Below the pieces are notes generated by a model. It had not been told where the DNA came from. It saw only the letters and a list, made by a program, of their open reading frames with translations, and did not search any database. Made by a program: the position numbers and the translations under genes. From Candidatus Omnitrophota bacterium (GTDB lineage: Bacteria; Omnitrophota; Gorgyraeia; Gygaellales; Profunditerraquicolaceae): a DNA stretch of 57,861 bases. The DNA lies in assembly GCA_041650795.1 (NCBI GenBank), contig JBAZKK010000005.1, positions 1 through 57,861 of the forward strand, written 5' to 3'. Position 1 is the stretch's first letter, and each line of letters opens with the position of its first letter. Below are positions 9,001 to 17,195 of the stretch, in pieces.

Positions 9001-10606
9001 GTGGGCGTCGGGTTACAACGCGGTCTACATGTTTTGCCGAACGGTATATCCACTTATGCGCTCCCGCGGTATTACGGGAGTCCTTCTTATCTTTAACCCA
9101 GCGAAATAGCGAATAAATGCCCAGGATTGAGATAAAAATCGCCGTTGCCGACAGCCCGGGATACCTCTGGATGGTATTGGACAAAAATGCGCCGGCATTG
9201 CCTGCCAGCTGTCCGAACTGCTGGAAAAGCCGGTCAATAGAGAAACCCTGCAGTTGCCCTTGCGCAGCTGCGGATAAGCGGGCACCGAGAGAAGGTGCCG
9301 GAGTGGCGGTTGCAGGAGCGTGGGAAAAAGTAGTTAATCCCGGAGTGAAAGGACGAGACGGTAAAGGGGTAGAAACAGGGGCGCCTGTATGACTGATGGT
9401 TGAGGAAACCGTCTTACCTATATTATTATCGTTAACTATAACTCTGTCTCCCCTAAACTCAATACCCAATGCCGGGTCGCCAGAAATAACGGGAATTAAA
9501 GGCCGGCCTCCGATGATAGTTACTGAACCCTCAGTAACGCTCGTACCTGGTTTTGGGGAAGCCGGCATTGATAGGCCTAAAGAGATGCCGCCAAAAAAAT
9601 AATTCCTTACGGCCTGGCCTTCCAGACCGAAAACTACCTCTGAACTGTTATATTCCCCGCGCTGGTATGATTTCCTGTATTCCTTGAAGTAATACTTCTT
9701 GTCCCATGGCCTTTGCGACCTTAACCCTGCCAGGCAGCGCGTATCAATGAATTCCGAATGCCTGACAAAGGTACCCCTGAAACGGCTTTTAAACCACTGG
9801 GCAAGGATGAAAGAATAATACAACTGGCGCAAGGCCGCGTATCTGTCTGAGGTATTAACCGCCTTCACTAACTGGGGCATTATTCTGGCATTGAATAACG
9901 ATAAGGCAAAATCGTTGAACCTCTTAACACGGATGTCATCGTAGTAATAATTTTGATTAAGGTATTCGTTTTCGTTCAGAACATTAAGCGTGGCTTTATA
10001 GATATAGGCGCTTTGCCCAGACTCACGGATAATGATTTCCCCGGGGACTATCCACACCCTCATAGAAACAGGGGCATCCGACCCCACCCCCCCGAATATC
10101 TCACCCGCCTTGCGGTATAATGCCTGCCAATACTGTTTCCCCGAATCGGTATACGGCGATGTAAGCCGGCCTAGCTCACTCTTGAGTTCCAGATCCGCCG
10201 CTAACATTATCCTGCCCGCATCGGTCTTGGCCATGTCGCTATCAAGCATCTGGTCTTCGGCATCCGGCCTCAGATTGACCCAATATGAATTATTAGGAAG
10301 GCTGACTGCGATGAGGAAGAACCTCAATAGTTCAGCGGCCTGGTCCCTGGCATTATCCTTATCGTTACCGCGATAATCCCCGCTGTCAACTAAGAGGCGC
10401 AAAATGTCTGAGGTTCTCTCGTAAGCAAGAGACCTTAGGTGCGGTTGGTATGCTACCAGGGGCGGGGGGAACATCGCGTTTTCAAATCCCTGTACGGATG
10501 CCCCCTGTTCGAACAAGAAAGAAAAACACAAGAGTAGCGCTACTACCTTGCGCATTGCGACAACTATGCCTGAAGTATTGGGATAACCGATGGTTTTTTT
10601 ATCCAT
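6083..10606 (-). CDS. Large (about 1,490-1,507 aa) exported/membrane protein of unknown function with N-terminal WVNLRP domain and C-terminal GGIDL motif
   Basis: Long ORF. Probable start ATG 10555 (MRKVVALLLCFSFLFEQ, signal-like). Contains a globular domain (FFLIAVSLPNNSYWVNLRPD...TDAGRIMLAADLELK), a P/T/S-rich linker, several hydrophobic helices, an internal winged-helix-like segment (SYSTVYRDLEMV) and PGGIDLRTLPI followed by a helical tail. Confidence 0.85.
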   Translation of the reverse strand: MDKKTIGYPNTSGIVVAMRKVVALLLCFSFLFEQGASVQGFENAMFPPPLVAYQPHLRSLAYERTSDILRLLVDSGDYRGNDKDNARDQAAELLRFFLIAVSLPNNSYWVNLRPDAEDQMLDSDMAKTDAGRIMLAADLELKSELGRLTSPYTDSGKQYWQALYRKAGEIFGGVGSDAPVSMRVWIVPGEIIIRESGQSAYIYKATLNVLNENEYLNQNYYYDDIRVKRFNDFALSLFNARIMPQLVKAVNTSDRYAALRQLYYSFILAQWFKSRFRGTFVRHSEFIDTRCLAGLRSQRPWDKKYYFKEYRKSYQRGEYNSSEVVFGLEGQAVRNYFFGGISLGLSMPASPKPGTSVTEGSVTIIGGRPLIPVISGDPALGIEFRGDRVIVNDNNIGKTVSSTISHTGAPVSTPLPSRPFTPGLTTFSHAPATATPAPSLGARLSAAAQGQLQGFSIDRLFQQFGQLAGNAGAFLSNTIQRYPGLSATAIFISILGIYSLFRWVKDKKDSRNTAGAHKWIYRSAKHVDRVVTRRPHPQRTNNQESRNNWEYSVSAVLQELKSAVAEAPESSAGYLVCLDKARKLTAMLPFEAGFVTEHRTKYYEIYGEAISQLYTALESLMAEIRVAADSSNRRQLKIYAEDFLLMIEYLDECQHTLHAVENIPMSSGDRFDRRTLAGRMLAAIVGAVFGFNRNFKDSTRRLREQLTGKIIPLGNRIDNLYSEDSGIADRVIEDWDNWVEDCYHGKKVRLGARKGWIWFREMLSPFIAVVLLISLPGTIINGIASVLAAADQAARGQAVLGLTKSLSGLVPLVFSWYALQVTGKKDTPHNRNIFRISKLKKELNAIAPSLSGGLKDKALNDAYLNSLESLSKELRLEAASAEAVIVVSDQKEKMRRFLDSIKGTLLRDDVSIVCIRADTKGSASSFIEGMLEAQRFRRAIVLLGRGRDVDTALNPLPLPEVPGLGRSLTPLELALISGYQVTQALQDKNRNGIAAEFAHKCSIADKKALLESRILGDIELFGSWVGSEQMEKQDLGLLVTNGNSNGRKKKGAANHLVKLFQHVGAQKVKDKFAPRYLSSFLFDWRNQERRQMSVFGGGMAISIDDSGRYQSFMSLLSRLKGYLAEHADSGFQVSLTTHLLVPLIMLANGEGKDIHRFLETQKLGSKEEWDFFDGLFDIYWPHFSSKAKDSNLENLKMNTLIPYQPGSLYVRLDGTSYARQLLKNGLGSLYTEPSVFREEGKLVGVAVLRHQHSLTRKPRTTFDAPKRRFMLRDFFSGQNHAEFTIRDTLEQLYSAVDEYEIQPSYSTVYRDLEMVTGEGFLIKDKKYDPTSHRYKNFYRLSKIGAVLAEVGQKAPGAETAGPVSSGKETMPPFLQHDGRAPLQGGAVLPGGIDLRTLPITILKDDGNGVSGEVPLSPLRQDYDNDFKVLWSQVQEVIKKGDLPQTSKVKECYELARMSRFRGELLAKVRSGVAEILRIEERMVIVTKPELREILVLLEASPDAGGRS

Positions 10607-10785
10607 GCCTGCTACTCTATCGCTTCAAAACATTCAAGGAAGCTATGCCTTGATGACAACTCTTGCTCCTTTGAGGACCTCGGACAAATCTGCCGGCCGC
10701 TAAAATTTAGGGCGGCATGCCAGAGAGCCAAATGGTGCGGCTGCTTAAAAGGCAGGCGGATATTCCCGGCAATCCCAAGGGCGCC

Positions 10786-11043
10786 CTATTTTGATGCGGC
10801 CGCCAAACCAGTGATTGGCCCGAGAGAATCCGGGAATTCCCTCCCTTGTGGCTGCGGGAATTCCCTTCTCCGTTTGATCTTCGCCATTTCCACCAAGGAG
10901 TTCCAAAGCCATACCTGCTTTTCTTGAAAATCCAGCTCAACCATCCAATCGTTGAAGAGAAGACGGCATAGTTCTCTCATTTCAACGCTTTCCTCCTCAA
11001 CGCTCCTGCTATTGCCTGTTATCATTACTGATTCTGGCAGCAT
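10786..11043 (-). CDS. Hypothetical protein (85 aa)
   Basis: Strong RBS GGAGGTGGAAG-ATG; first ORF downstream of putative promoter P3; no recognisable family. Confidence 0.55.
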   Translation of the reverse strand: MLPESVMITGNSRSVEEESVEMRELCRLLFNDWMVELDFQEKQVWLWNSLVEMAKIKRRREFPQPQGREFPDSLGPITGLAAASK

Positions 11044-11096
11044 CTTCCACCTCCGTGGCTTTAAGGGGTTAATGCAATCGTGCTCAACGCAAACAA

Positions 11097-11150
11097 AGTA
11101 TAAACTACGGCGGCTAAAAAATCCTTAAGGGAATGTAAAATCTCTGCAAC
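11097..11150 (-). promoter_or_regulatory. Putative Pho-box promoter P3 (upstream of 85-aa ORF / 1,507-aa gene / TPR)
   Basis: Minus strand GTTGCA gagat TTTACA ttccc TTAAGG atttt TTAGCC gccgtagtt TATACT: close to P2 in sequence and identical in spacing. Confidence 0.72.
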
Positions 11151-11204
11151 TTATTTTTGGGTCGGATGTTAACTCGGAGAATAAAACGAAGGGTGCGGCT
11201 GGTT

Positions 11205-12977
11205 TTACGCTAAGGGGATAGTGAAGCTAAAGGTTGAGCCCTGCTCAAGCTCGGACCTCACCCAAACCTGTCCGCCATGGGCCTGAACAATATGTTTTAC
11301 AATCGAAAGCCCGAGGCCTGTCCCGCCCAGTTCGTGGGAACGGGCCTTGTCCACACGGTAAAACCTCTCGAAGATCCTGGGGAGGTCTTTTTCAGAAATT
11401 CCTATCCCGGTATCGCTAACGTCAACCTGCAGGACATCATTGACTACCTTGGCAGCAATTGAGACCGTGCCGCCTTCCGGGGTATATTTAATGGCGTTAT
11501 CCAAGAGATTAATCATAACCTGGGAAAAACGCGTCTCATCGGCTTTTACCTTCGGAAGCCCCGAAGGAAGCTCGGTATTTAATGCGATAGATTTTGCCTC
11601 GGCCTGATTCTCTATTACGGTTGCGGCGCGCCTGATAAGCACCGTTGGGTCAAGCGGGGCAAAAGACATCTTCATCTTACCGGATTCTATTTTAGACAAA
11701 TCCAGGAGATCATTAATGAGGCTGGCAAGGCGGTTACTATTCTGATGGATAATGTTTACAAATTCCCTGGCATTTTCTTTGTCTTCCAGCGCCCCTTCTA
11801 ATAAAGTCTCGGCATATCCTTTGATGCTGGCGATAGGGGTACGCAATTCATGGGAAACATTTGCGACAAAATCCTGCCTTATCTTTTCCAGCCGCCTGAG
11901 CTCAGTGATATCGTGAAAGACTAGGATTGCCCCTTCAAGTTTATCATTACGAATAATGGGAACGCCGTTTACCTTCAGTATCTTTTCCTCCGGGATGCCG
12001 ACCGGGATCTCTTTGGTAGCGAGGCGTTGTTTGTCCTTCAATATCTTATCTGCCAGATCCTTGACTGCGATGTTCCTGATTATCTCCAGGAGCTTCTTTC
12101 CATATGGGTCGCCATCAACCAAAAAGAGCTTCCTTAAGGAGGGGTTCATTAAAATAATCTCTTCGCTCTCATTGATGACAATCACCCCTTCAAACATGCT
12201 TGACAACACCAGCCCTAACCTTGCCTTCTCGGCATTTATCTTTTCGATCTTATCCTTTATCTCCTCGGACATGCGGTTTAAGGACCGCGCCAATTGGCCT
12301 ATTTCATCTTGCGAATAAGCCGGGGCCTTTTTAGAAAAATCCCCTCTGGCCATTGCCCGGGCGATACCCGCCATTTCCGTGAGCGGCCGGGATAACGATA
12401 TAGAAACCAGGAATGTCAAGCCCAGGCTTAAAAACAATATTCCGGCGGCGCCTATTCCAACCGTCTTACGCATCTTTGCCTCGAGGGATTCTATCTCGCT
12501 CAGGGCAACCGCAAATCTCAATACGCCTTTGGCCCTGCCTTTACCGAAAGGAACGGCAATATAAAGCATATTTTTTCTGATGGTATAACTAAAACGGAGG
12601 CTCTCCCCAAACCCCTTGTTAAATGCATCCCGGACCTCAGGCCTGTTGGAATGGTTCTCTACCGCAGCCAACCTCTCCTTGGTGATATCCGTATCACCCA
12701 GAACTCTGCCATCGGAAGAAATAACGGTTACCCTTAAATTAAGGGTCTTGCCCGTTTCAGAAGCAAAAACTTGAAAATCAACCGGAGAAAGCGGGTTATT
12801 TAAAGACGCCTCCAGAAAATCCCGCCCCAGGAAAAGTTGACGCTTGATATTATTGCGGAGGTTATTTTCTATGTAGGAGTTCAGATGGACAATATAGTAA
12901 AGGTAGCCCGCCGAAATTGCCAGGACGGCTATAACGCAAAAAACAAGGACCAGTTTCCAATGTAGCTTAATCCGCAT
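11205..12977 (-). CDS. phoR: Phosphate regulon sensor histidine kinase PhoR (TM-dCache-like periplasmic domain-TM-HAMP-PAS-HisKA-HATPase)
   Basis: H-box DFVANVSHELRTPIASIKGYAETL, NLLDNAIKY, DTGIG, FERFYRVDKARS, GGTGLGLSIVKHIV. Start moved to ATG 12977, which overlaps the phoB 3' end. Confidence 0.92.
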   Translation of the reverse strand: MRIKLHWKLVLVFCVIAVLAISAGYLYYIVHLNSYIENNLRNNIKRQLFLGRDFLEASLNNPLSPVDFQVFASETGKTLNLRVTVISSDGRVLGDTDITKERLAAVENHSNRPEVRDAFNKGFGESLRFSYTIRKNMLYIAVPFGKGRAKGVLRFAVALSEIESLEAKMRKTVGIGAAGILFLSLGLTFLVSISLSRPLTEMAGIARAMARGDFSKKAPAYSQDEIGQLARSLNRMSEEIKDKIEKINAEKARLGLVLSSMFEGVIVINESEEIILMNPSLRKLFLVDGDPYGKKLLEIIRNIAVKDLADKILKDKQRLATKEIPVGIPEEKILKVNGVPIIRNDKLEGAILVFHDITELRRLEKIRQDFVANVSHELRTPIASIKGYAETLLEGALEDKENAREFVNIIHQNSNRLASLINDLLDLSKIESGKMKMSFAPLDPTVLIRRAATVIENQAEAKSIALNTELPSGLPKVKADETRFSQVMINLLDNAIKYTPEGGTVSIAAKVVNDVLQVDVSDTGIGISEKDLPRIFERFYRVDKARSHELGGTGLGLSIVKHIVQAHGGQVWVRSELEQGSTFSFTIPLA

Positions 12978-13662
12978 CGTCCTCCTCGAATCTATACCCC
13001 AGACCGCGGATTGTTTCAATCGCCCTGCCTAACCTGCCGAGCTTTTCTCTCAAGCGTTTGATATGGGTATCAACGGTACGGGTATAAATATCGGCATTTA
13101 TATCCCAGACGTCAGAAAGCAGCCTCTCACGAGACTGCACCCGTCCTGCCCGTTCAATTAGAATAACCAATAGCTTAAATTCTATCGGGGTAAGCTCAAT
13201 CTCATTATTGCCCACGGTAACTTTATGCTTCGGCACATCAATGACTAGGCCGCCTCTCTTAATGGTATCTTTTGCGGCCTCCTCGGGTTTGCCTCTTCTT
13301 AAAATCGCCTTAATACGCAAAATAAGCTCCCTGGCGCTGAAAGGCTTTACCATATAATCATCCGCGCCAAGCTCAAGGCCAACAACCCTATCAACCTCTT
13401 CTCCTTTGGCGGTAAGCATAATAATAGGGGTGTTTTTAAGTTTGTCGCTTTGCTTTATGAGACGGCAGGTCTCAAAGCCGTCCATCTTAGGCAACATGAT
13501 ATCCAACACTACGAGGTCCGTCTTCTGCTTTGCTAAAATTCCAAGCGCATCCTCGCCATTATCAGAGATAAAACACTTATAGCCGTTCTTTTCCAAGTTG
13601 TACTGCAGCAATTTTGAAATATGCCTGTCGTCTTCAACTATCAATATTTTCTCTTTCGACAT
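12967..13662 (-). CDS. phoB: Phosphate regulon response regulator PhoB/PhoP
   Basis: Receiver plus winged helix with TRTVDTHIKRLREKL and IETIRGLGYRF; coupled to phoR. Start moved to ATG 13662 (MSKEKILIVEDD). Confidence 0.9.
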   Translation of the reverse strand: MSKEKILIVEDDRHISKLLQYNLEKNGYKCFISDNGEDALGILAKQKTDLVVLDIMLPKMDGFETCRLIKQSDKLKNTPIIMLTAKGEEVDRVVGLELGADDYMVKPFSARELILRIKAILRRGKPEEAAKDTIKRGGLVIDVPKHKVTVGNNEIELTPIEFKLLVILIERAGRVQSRERLLSDVWDINADIYTRTVDTHIKRLREKLGRLGRAIETIRGLGYRFEEDDAD

Positions 13663-14350
13663 CGTAACCTCTACCTTTTCTATTCTCTCCGCGGCAGACA
13701 TTTACGCAGACCCCACAGATATACTGGTCCGTTAAACGCTGCTTCTGGAAACTTTTAAGCTTCTCAAAACAGAGAAGATGGTCAAACGAGGCGCTGTCTT
13801 CCTTTATTGCGCCTGCCGGACATATTTTAACACAAAGCAGGCACTTCCCGCAGTCTTTTCTTAAAGGGCTATCTGCCTCCAGAGGCATATCGGTAAGGAT
13901 GGAGACGAGGCGCAGCTGGCTTCCGAATGAGGGATTAACCAAGAGATTATTCCTGCCTACCCAACCTAATCCTGCCAGATAGCCGATTCTCTTATGCGAA
14001 AGGTGCCCCTTCTGGTTCTGCCAGTCTAATATCTGGGAGGCAGGAACCGGAAGCGCACGGTAACCCTTGCGTTGAATGTAATTGCAGGTTCGAAGAGCTG
14101 CTTGGTCAAGAAAGGCATTGACAGTGCGGTAATGATGGAAATAAATCCGAGTGGGCGCATTCTCAATATCAGAGAGTATTGCCGAGGACAACCTCGCCCC
14201 CAGCGATACCCCTCTTTTGAGGCCGGCCAGGGAACGTTTTGAAAGCGCGAAGTCTTGCTTTACCCCGGAGATATCGGCGACCCCAAAGAGGTCCACCCCC
14301 ATATCGAGGCAGAAATCTTTAAGGGCGCTGTAGTTTTTGCCTTTGCTCAT
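13634..14350 (-). CDS. Epoxyqueuosine-reductase-like (QueG/COG1600-type) 4Fe-4S protein
   Basis: LSHKRIGYLAGLGWVGRNNLLVNPSFGSQLRLVSILTD followed by CxxCxxCxxxCP and a C-terminal CxxCxxxC. True QueG activity cannot be established from sequence alone. Confidence 0.75.
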   Translation of the reverse strand: MSKGKNYSALKDFCLDMGVDLFGVADISGVKQDFALSKRSLAGLKRGVSLGARLSSAILSDIENAPTRIYFHHYRTVNAFLDQAALRTCNYIQRKGYRALPVPASQILDWQNQKGHLSHKRIGYLAGLGWVGRNNLLVNPSFGSQLRLVSILTDMPLEADSPLRKDCGKCLLCVKICPAGAIKEDSASFDHLLCFEKLKSFQKQRLTDQYICGVCVNVCRGENRKGRGYDVERENIDS

Positions 14351-16199
14351 TGAGCTTCCTGAGGTACACCATTAATATCGCAACTGCTGCCGGGGTCACC
14401 CCTGAGATACGGGAGGCCTGGCCAAGGTTTATGGGCTTTGAGCTTTTAAGTTTTTCACGAATCTCCCGCGATAATCCGCTGAGAAGGTTATAGTCCAATT
14501 CCGCAGGCAGCCTTATCCTCTCCAGGTTCCTGAATCTCTCTACCTCGGCAAGCTGGCGCTGGATAAACCCAGAATATTTTACTTCAATTTCCATCTCTCT
14601 TCCAATACTTTCCGGAATATTCCCAAGCAACCCCACTCCCCTTAAATCCTCAATACTTACCTCAGGCCGCCTCAAGAGTTCTTCTAAGCTAACCGCCTTT
14701 TTGAGGGGAGGTGTTGCCTGTTTCTTGAGAATATCGTTTATGCCGGAGCCAAAACCAATGCGCTTTTCTTTTAAGAAAGCGATTCCCTCCTCAATACTGC
14801 GGGATTTCTCTTCAGTCTGGCGATAGGTCCAGGAATCAACCAAACCGACGCCATAGCCGATTTTGCGTAACCGTAAATCCGCGTTATCCTCCCTTAGGAT
14901 GAGGCGGTATTCGACGCGCGAGGTAAACATACGGTAAGGCTCATTAGTGCCCTTTGTAGTTAGATCGTCGATTAAAACCCCGATGTAACCCGAGCTGCGG
15001 TCTAACACCAACGGCTCCTTCCCTTTAGAGCTTAGGGCAGCGTTAATACCGGCAATCAGGCCCTGAGCAGCTGCCTCTTCATAACCGGTAGTGCCGTTGA
15101 TCTGTCCGGCCAGATAAAGATTCTTGATTAACTTCGTCTGGAGGCTCGGGTAAAGCTGAAGAGGATCAACCACGGTATGCTCAATGCCGTAACCGAATTT
15201 TAATACCTTGGCGTCCTCCAGCCCCTCGATGGAATGCAGCATTTCCAACTGCACGTCCTCGGGGAGGCTGGTGGCCAGGCCGTTGGGATAAACCTCTCTT
15301 GCGTCGTATCCCTCAGGCTCCAGGAATACCTGGTGCCTGGCTCTCTCCTTGAATTTTACAACCTTGTCTTCAATGGAAGGGCAATAACGCACTCCGGTTG
15401 CCTGTATTACCCCGGTATAAAGAGGGGAACGGTCAAGGTTATCCAGTATGAGCCGGTGCGTATTTTCGTTAGTATAAGTTATATAGCAAGGTATCTGCCT
15501 CTGTTTAATCTCACGAGTGGAAAAAGAGAAAGGCTTGGGAGGATTGTCTCCTTCTTGAGCCGCAAGACGCGAAAAATCAATGGTATCCTTATCCAGGCGG
15601 GGGCAGGTGCCGGTCTTAAAACGCAACAGCCTAAAGCCTAACCTCTTCAAGTTATCGCTTAATTCTACGGCAGCAGGCTCGTCAATGCGCCCGGCGCTGA
15701 AATGCTTAAGACCTACGTGGATGACCCCGTTTAGAAAGGTCCCCGGAGCAAGCACTACCGCGGAAGACTCCAGCGCTCCAGCAGCATCCGTAAGCACTCC
15801 TTTGACGCTGCCGTCTTCCACTATCAAGGACCTTACATGGGCTTCCTTTACCTTGAGGTTATGCTGACTGCTGACTGCGGCGCGCATATAATTCTTATAC
15901 AGCTTGCGGTCAATCTGGCACCGTGAAGATTGCACTGCTGCGCCCTTGGAAGCATTCAGGATGCGAAACTGTAGGCCTGAAGAGTCTGCTGCGCGGGCCA
16001 TCTCTCCTCCTAACGCATCAATCTCCTTGACAAGCTGGCCCTTGCCAACCCCGCCGATTGCCGGATTGCAGCTCATCTGGCCGATAGTTTCTGCGCTTAA
16101 GGTTACCAAAAGCGTGCTCTGCCCCATGCGACTTGCTGCCAAAGCTGCCTCTATACCGGCGTGCCCGGCCCCGACTACTACCACATCATATGTATCCAT
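14319..16199 (-). CDS. mnmG: tRNA uridine-5-carboxymethylaminomethyl(34) synthesis enzyme MnmG (GidA)
   Basis: VVGAGHAGIEAA, MSCNPAIGG, RFKTGTCPRL, GVRYCPSIEDK, AGQINGTTGYEEAAAQG, YRMFTSRVEYRL. Confidence 0.98.
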   Translation of the reverse strand: MDTYDVVVVGAGHAGIEAALAASRMGQSTLLVTLSAETIGQMSCNPAIGGVGKGQLVKEIDALGGEMARAADSSGLQFRILNASKGAAVQSSRCQIDRKLYKNYMRAAVSSQHNLKVKEAHVRSLIVEDGSVKGVLTDAAGALESSAVVLAPGTFLNGVIHVGLKHFSAGRIDEPAAVELSDNLKRLGFRLLRFKTGTCPRLDKDTIDFSRLAAQEGDNPPKPFSFSTREIKQRQIPCYITYTNENTHRLILDNLDRSPLYTGVIQATGVRYCPSIEDKVVKFKERARHQVFLEPEGYDAREVYPNGLATSLPEDVQLEMLHSIEGLEDAKVLKFGYGIEHTVVDPLQLYPSLQTKLIKNLYLAGQINGTTGYEEAAAQGLIAGINAALSSKGKEPLVLDRSSGYIGVLIDDLTTKGTNEPYRMFTSRVEYRLILREDNADLRLRKIGYGVGLVDSWTYRQTEEKSRSIEEGIAFLKEKRIGFGSGINDILKKQATPPLKKAVSLEELLRRPEVSIEDLRGVGLLGNIPESIGREMEIEVKYSGFIQRQLAEVERFRNLERIRLPAELDYNLLSGLSREIREKLKSSKPINLGQASRISGVTPAAVAILMVYLRKLNEQRQKLQRP

Positions 16200-16238
16200 T
16201 TTTAACGATTTGTCCGGGAGCTGAAGAAAGGAAGCCCC

Positions 16239-16991
16239 TTAAGGCTTGACTTCTATTTTCTGAAGAAATCTTTCGGTTTTTATTATACCATTGCGGTCGG
16301 AGTTTTTCTGGAATATTTTTTTTGCTACCAGGAGACTTTCACGCGCCTCTTGATACTTGCCGGTATTATAATAAGCCTGGGCAAGAAGAAGGTAGGCATC
16401 AGCATCCTCCGGGTGAAGTTTTAAAGCGGCGAAAAGATAGGCTATGGCTTTTTGAAAATCCGTAAGCGCAAAGTATATCGCGCCAAGGTTATAATTGATA
16501 TCGGGGTCTTTGGGGTTAAGCTCCCATGCCTTTTCCAAAGAAACAGCCGCGTCTTGATAATTCCCCTTCCTCATGTCGCGGAATCCCTTAAAAAGGTATA
16601 CGGCACACTGCTTGCTGATGGAGCCATTCTTTACTCCTTCCAGGACCCCCAAGGCGCCGTTGATATCGGCAAGCTCATCGTTAAATTCTCTTTGGGCCTC
16701 CTCAAAATTTCCTCCCGCGGCTAAATCCATTCCTTTTTCGAAACCGGAGGCTGAAAGACCCGCCTCATTCGTTTCGCCGCTTGAAAAAGCAGAATTATCT
16801 TCAGCAATACTCTTTATGTACTTGTTCTCGAAATAGACCTCGCTGCTGTTGTATTTTATTTTTAGATAATCCGGCGTTCTTTCTATTATCTTGCCTTGTA
16901 TCTCTTTGCCGGATTTAAGCACAACGGTATCCGCTAAAGCGGTATTGAAGAAAAAAACGGCGAACATTGACACCCAAAAGATTTTTCTCAT
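16239..16991 (-). CDS. Exported TPR protein
   Basis: Signal peptide (MRKIFWVSMFAVFFFNTALA), small beta domain (DTVVLKSGKEIQGKII), about four TPRs (YNLGAIYF..., YLLLAQAYYNTGKYQEA). Confidence 0.82.
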   Translation of the reverse strand: MRKIFWVSMFAVFFFNTALADTVVLKSGKEIQGKIIERTPDYLKIKYNSSEVYFENKYIKSIAEDNSAFSSGETNEAGLSASGFEKGMDLAAGGNFEEAQREFNDELADINGALGVLEGVKNGSISKQCAVYLFKGFRDMRKGNYQDAAVSLEKAWELNPKDPDINYNLGAIYFALTDFQKAIAYLFAALKLHPEDADAYLLLAQAYYNTGKYQEARESLLVAKKIFQKNSDRNGIIKTERFLQKIEVKP

Positions 16992-17040
16992 TTCTAAGTA
17001 ATTAGTCGTTATTACTGCCTCGGTTCCGTCCTAAGAACTA

Positions 17041-17094
17041 AAAATACTGCGTTTTTGTAACATAATCTTTAAGAAAATGCAAACTTTTCGCAAA
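17041..17094 (-). promoter_or_regulatory. Putative Pho-box promoter P4 (upstream of TPR-mnmG-queG-like-phoB-phoR)
   Basis: Minus strand TTTGCG aaaag TTTGCA ttttc TTAAAG attat GTTACA aaaacgcag TATTTT: same spacing as P1-P3. The -10 is weaker and the first hexamer overlaps the upstream terminator U-tract. Confidence 0.6.
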
Positions 17095-17138
17095 AAAAAA
17101 GGCGGCTCCCGAAACCATGGTATTTCTTGGAATCCTCC
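17092..17138 (-). terminator. Rho-independent terminator after apgM
   Basis: Imperfect GC-rich stem (GGAGGATTCCAAGAAA...TTTCGGGAGCCGCC) followed by nine T on the minus strand. Confidence 0.6.
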
Positions 17139-17195
17139 TATATTTAAAAGAATTAAGCTGGAAAGGGAGTAAAAAATATTAAATTTACCCTGCTA

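Noticed and set aside
10607-10785. 180-nt intergenic region checked for a riboswitch or ncRNA (short GCCGC/GCGGC hairpin near 10700)
   Set aside because: No c-di-GMP, cobalamin, SAM or T-box signature recognised, and no U-tract after the hairpin; an Infernal/Rfam scan would be needed.
10707-10940. 77-aa minus-strand ORF overlapping the 85-aa ORF
   Set aside because: No RBS; the overlapping 10786-11043 ORF has a strong RBS and follows the promoter.
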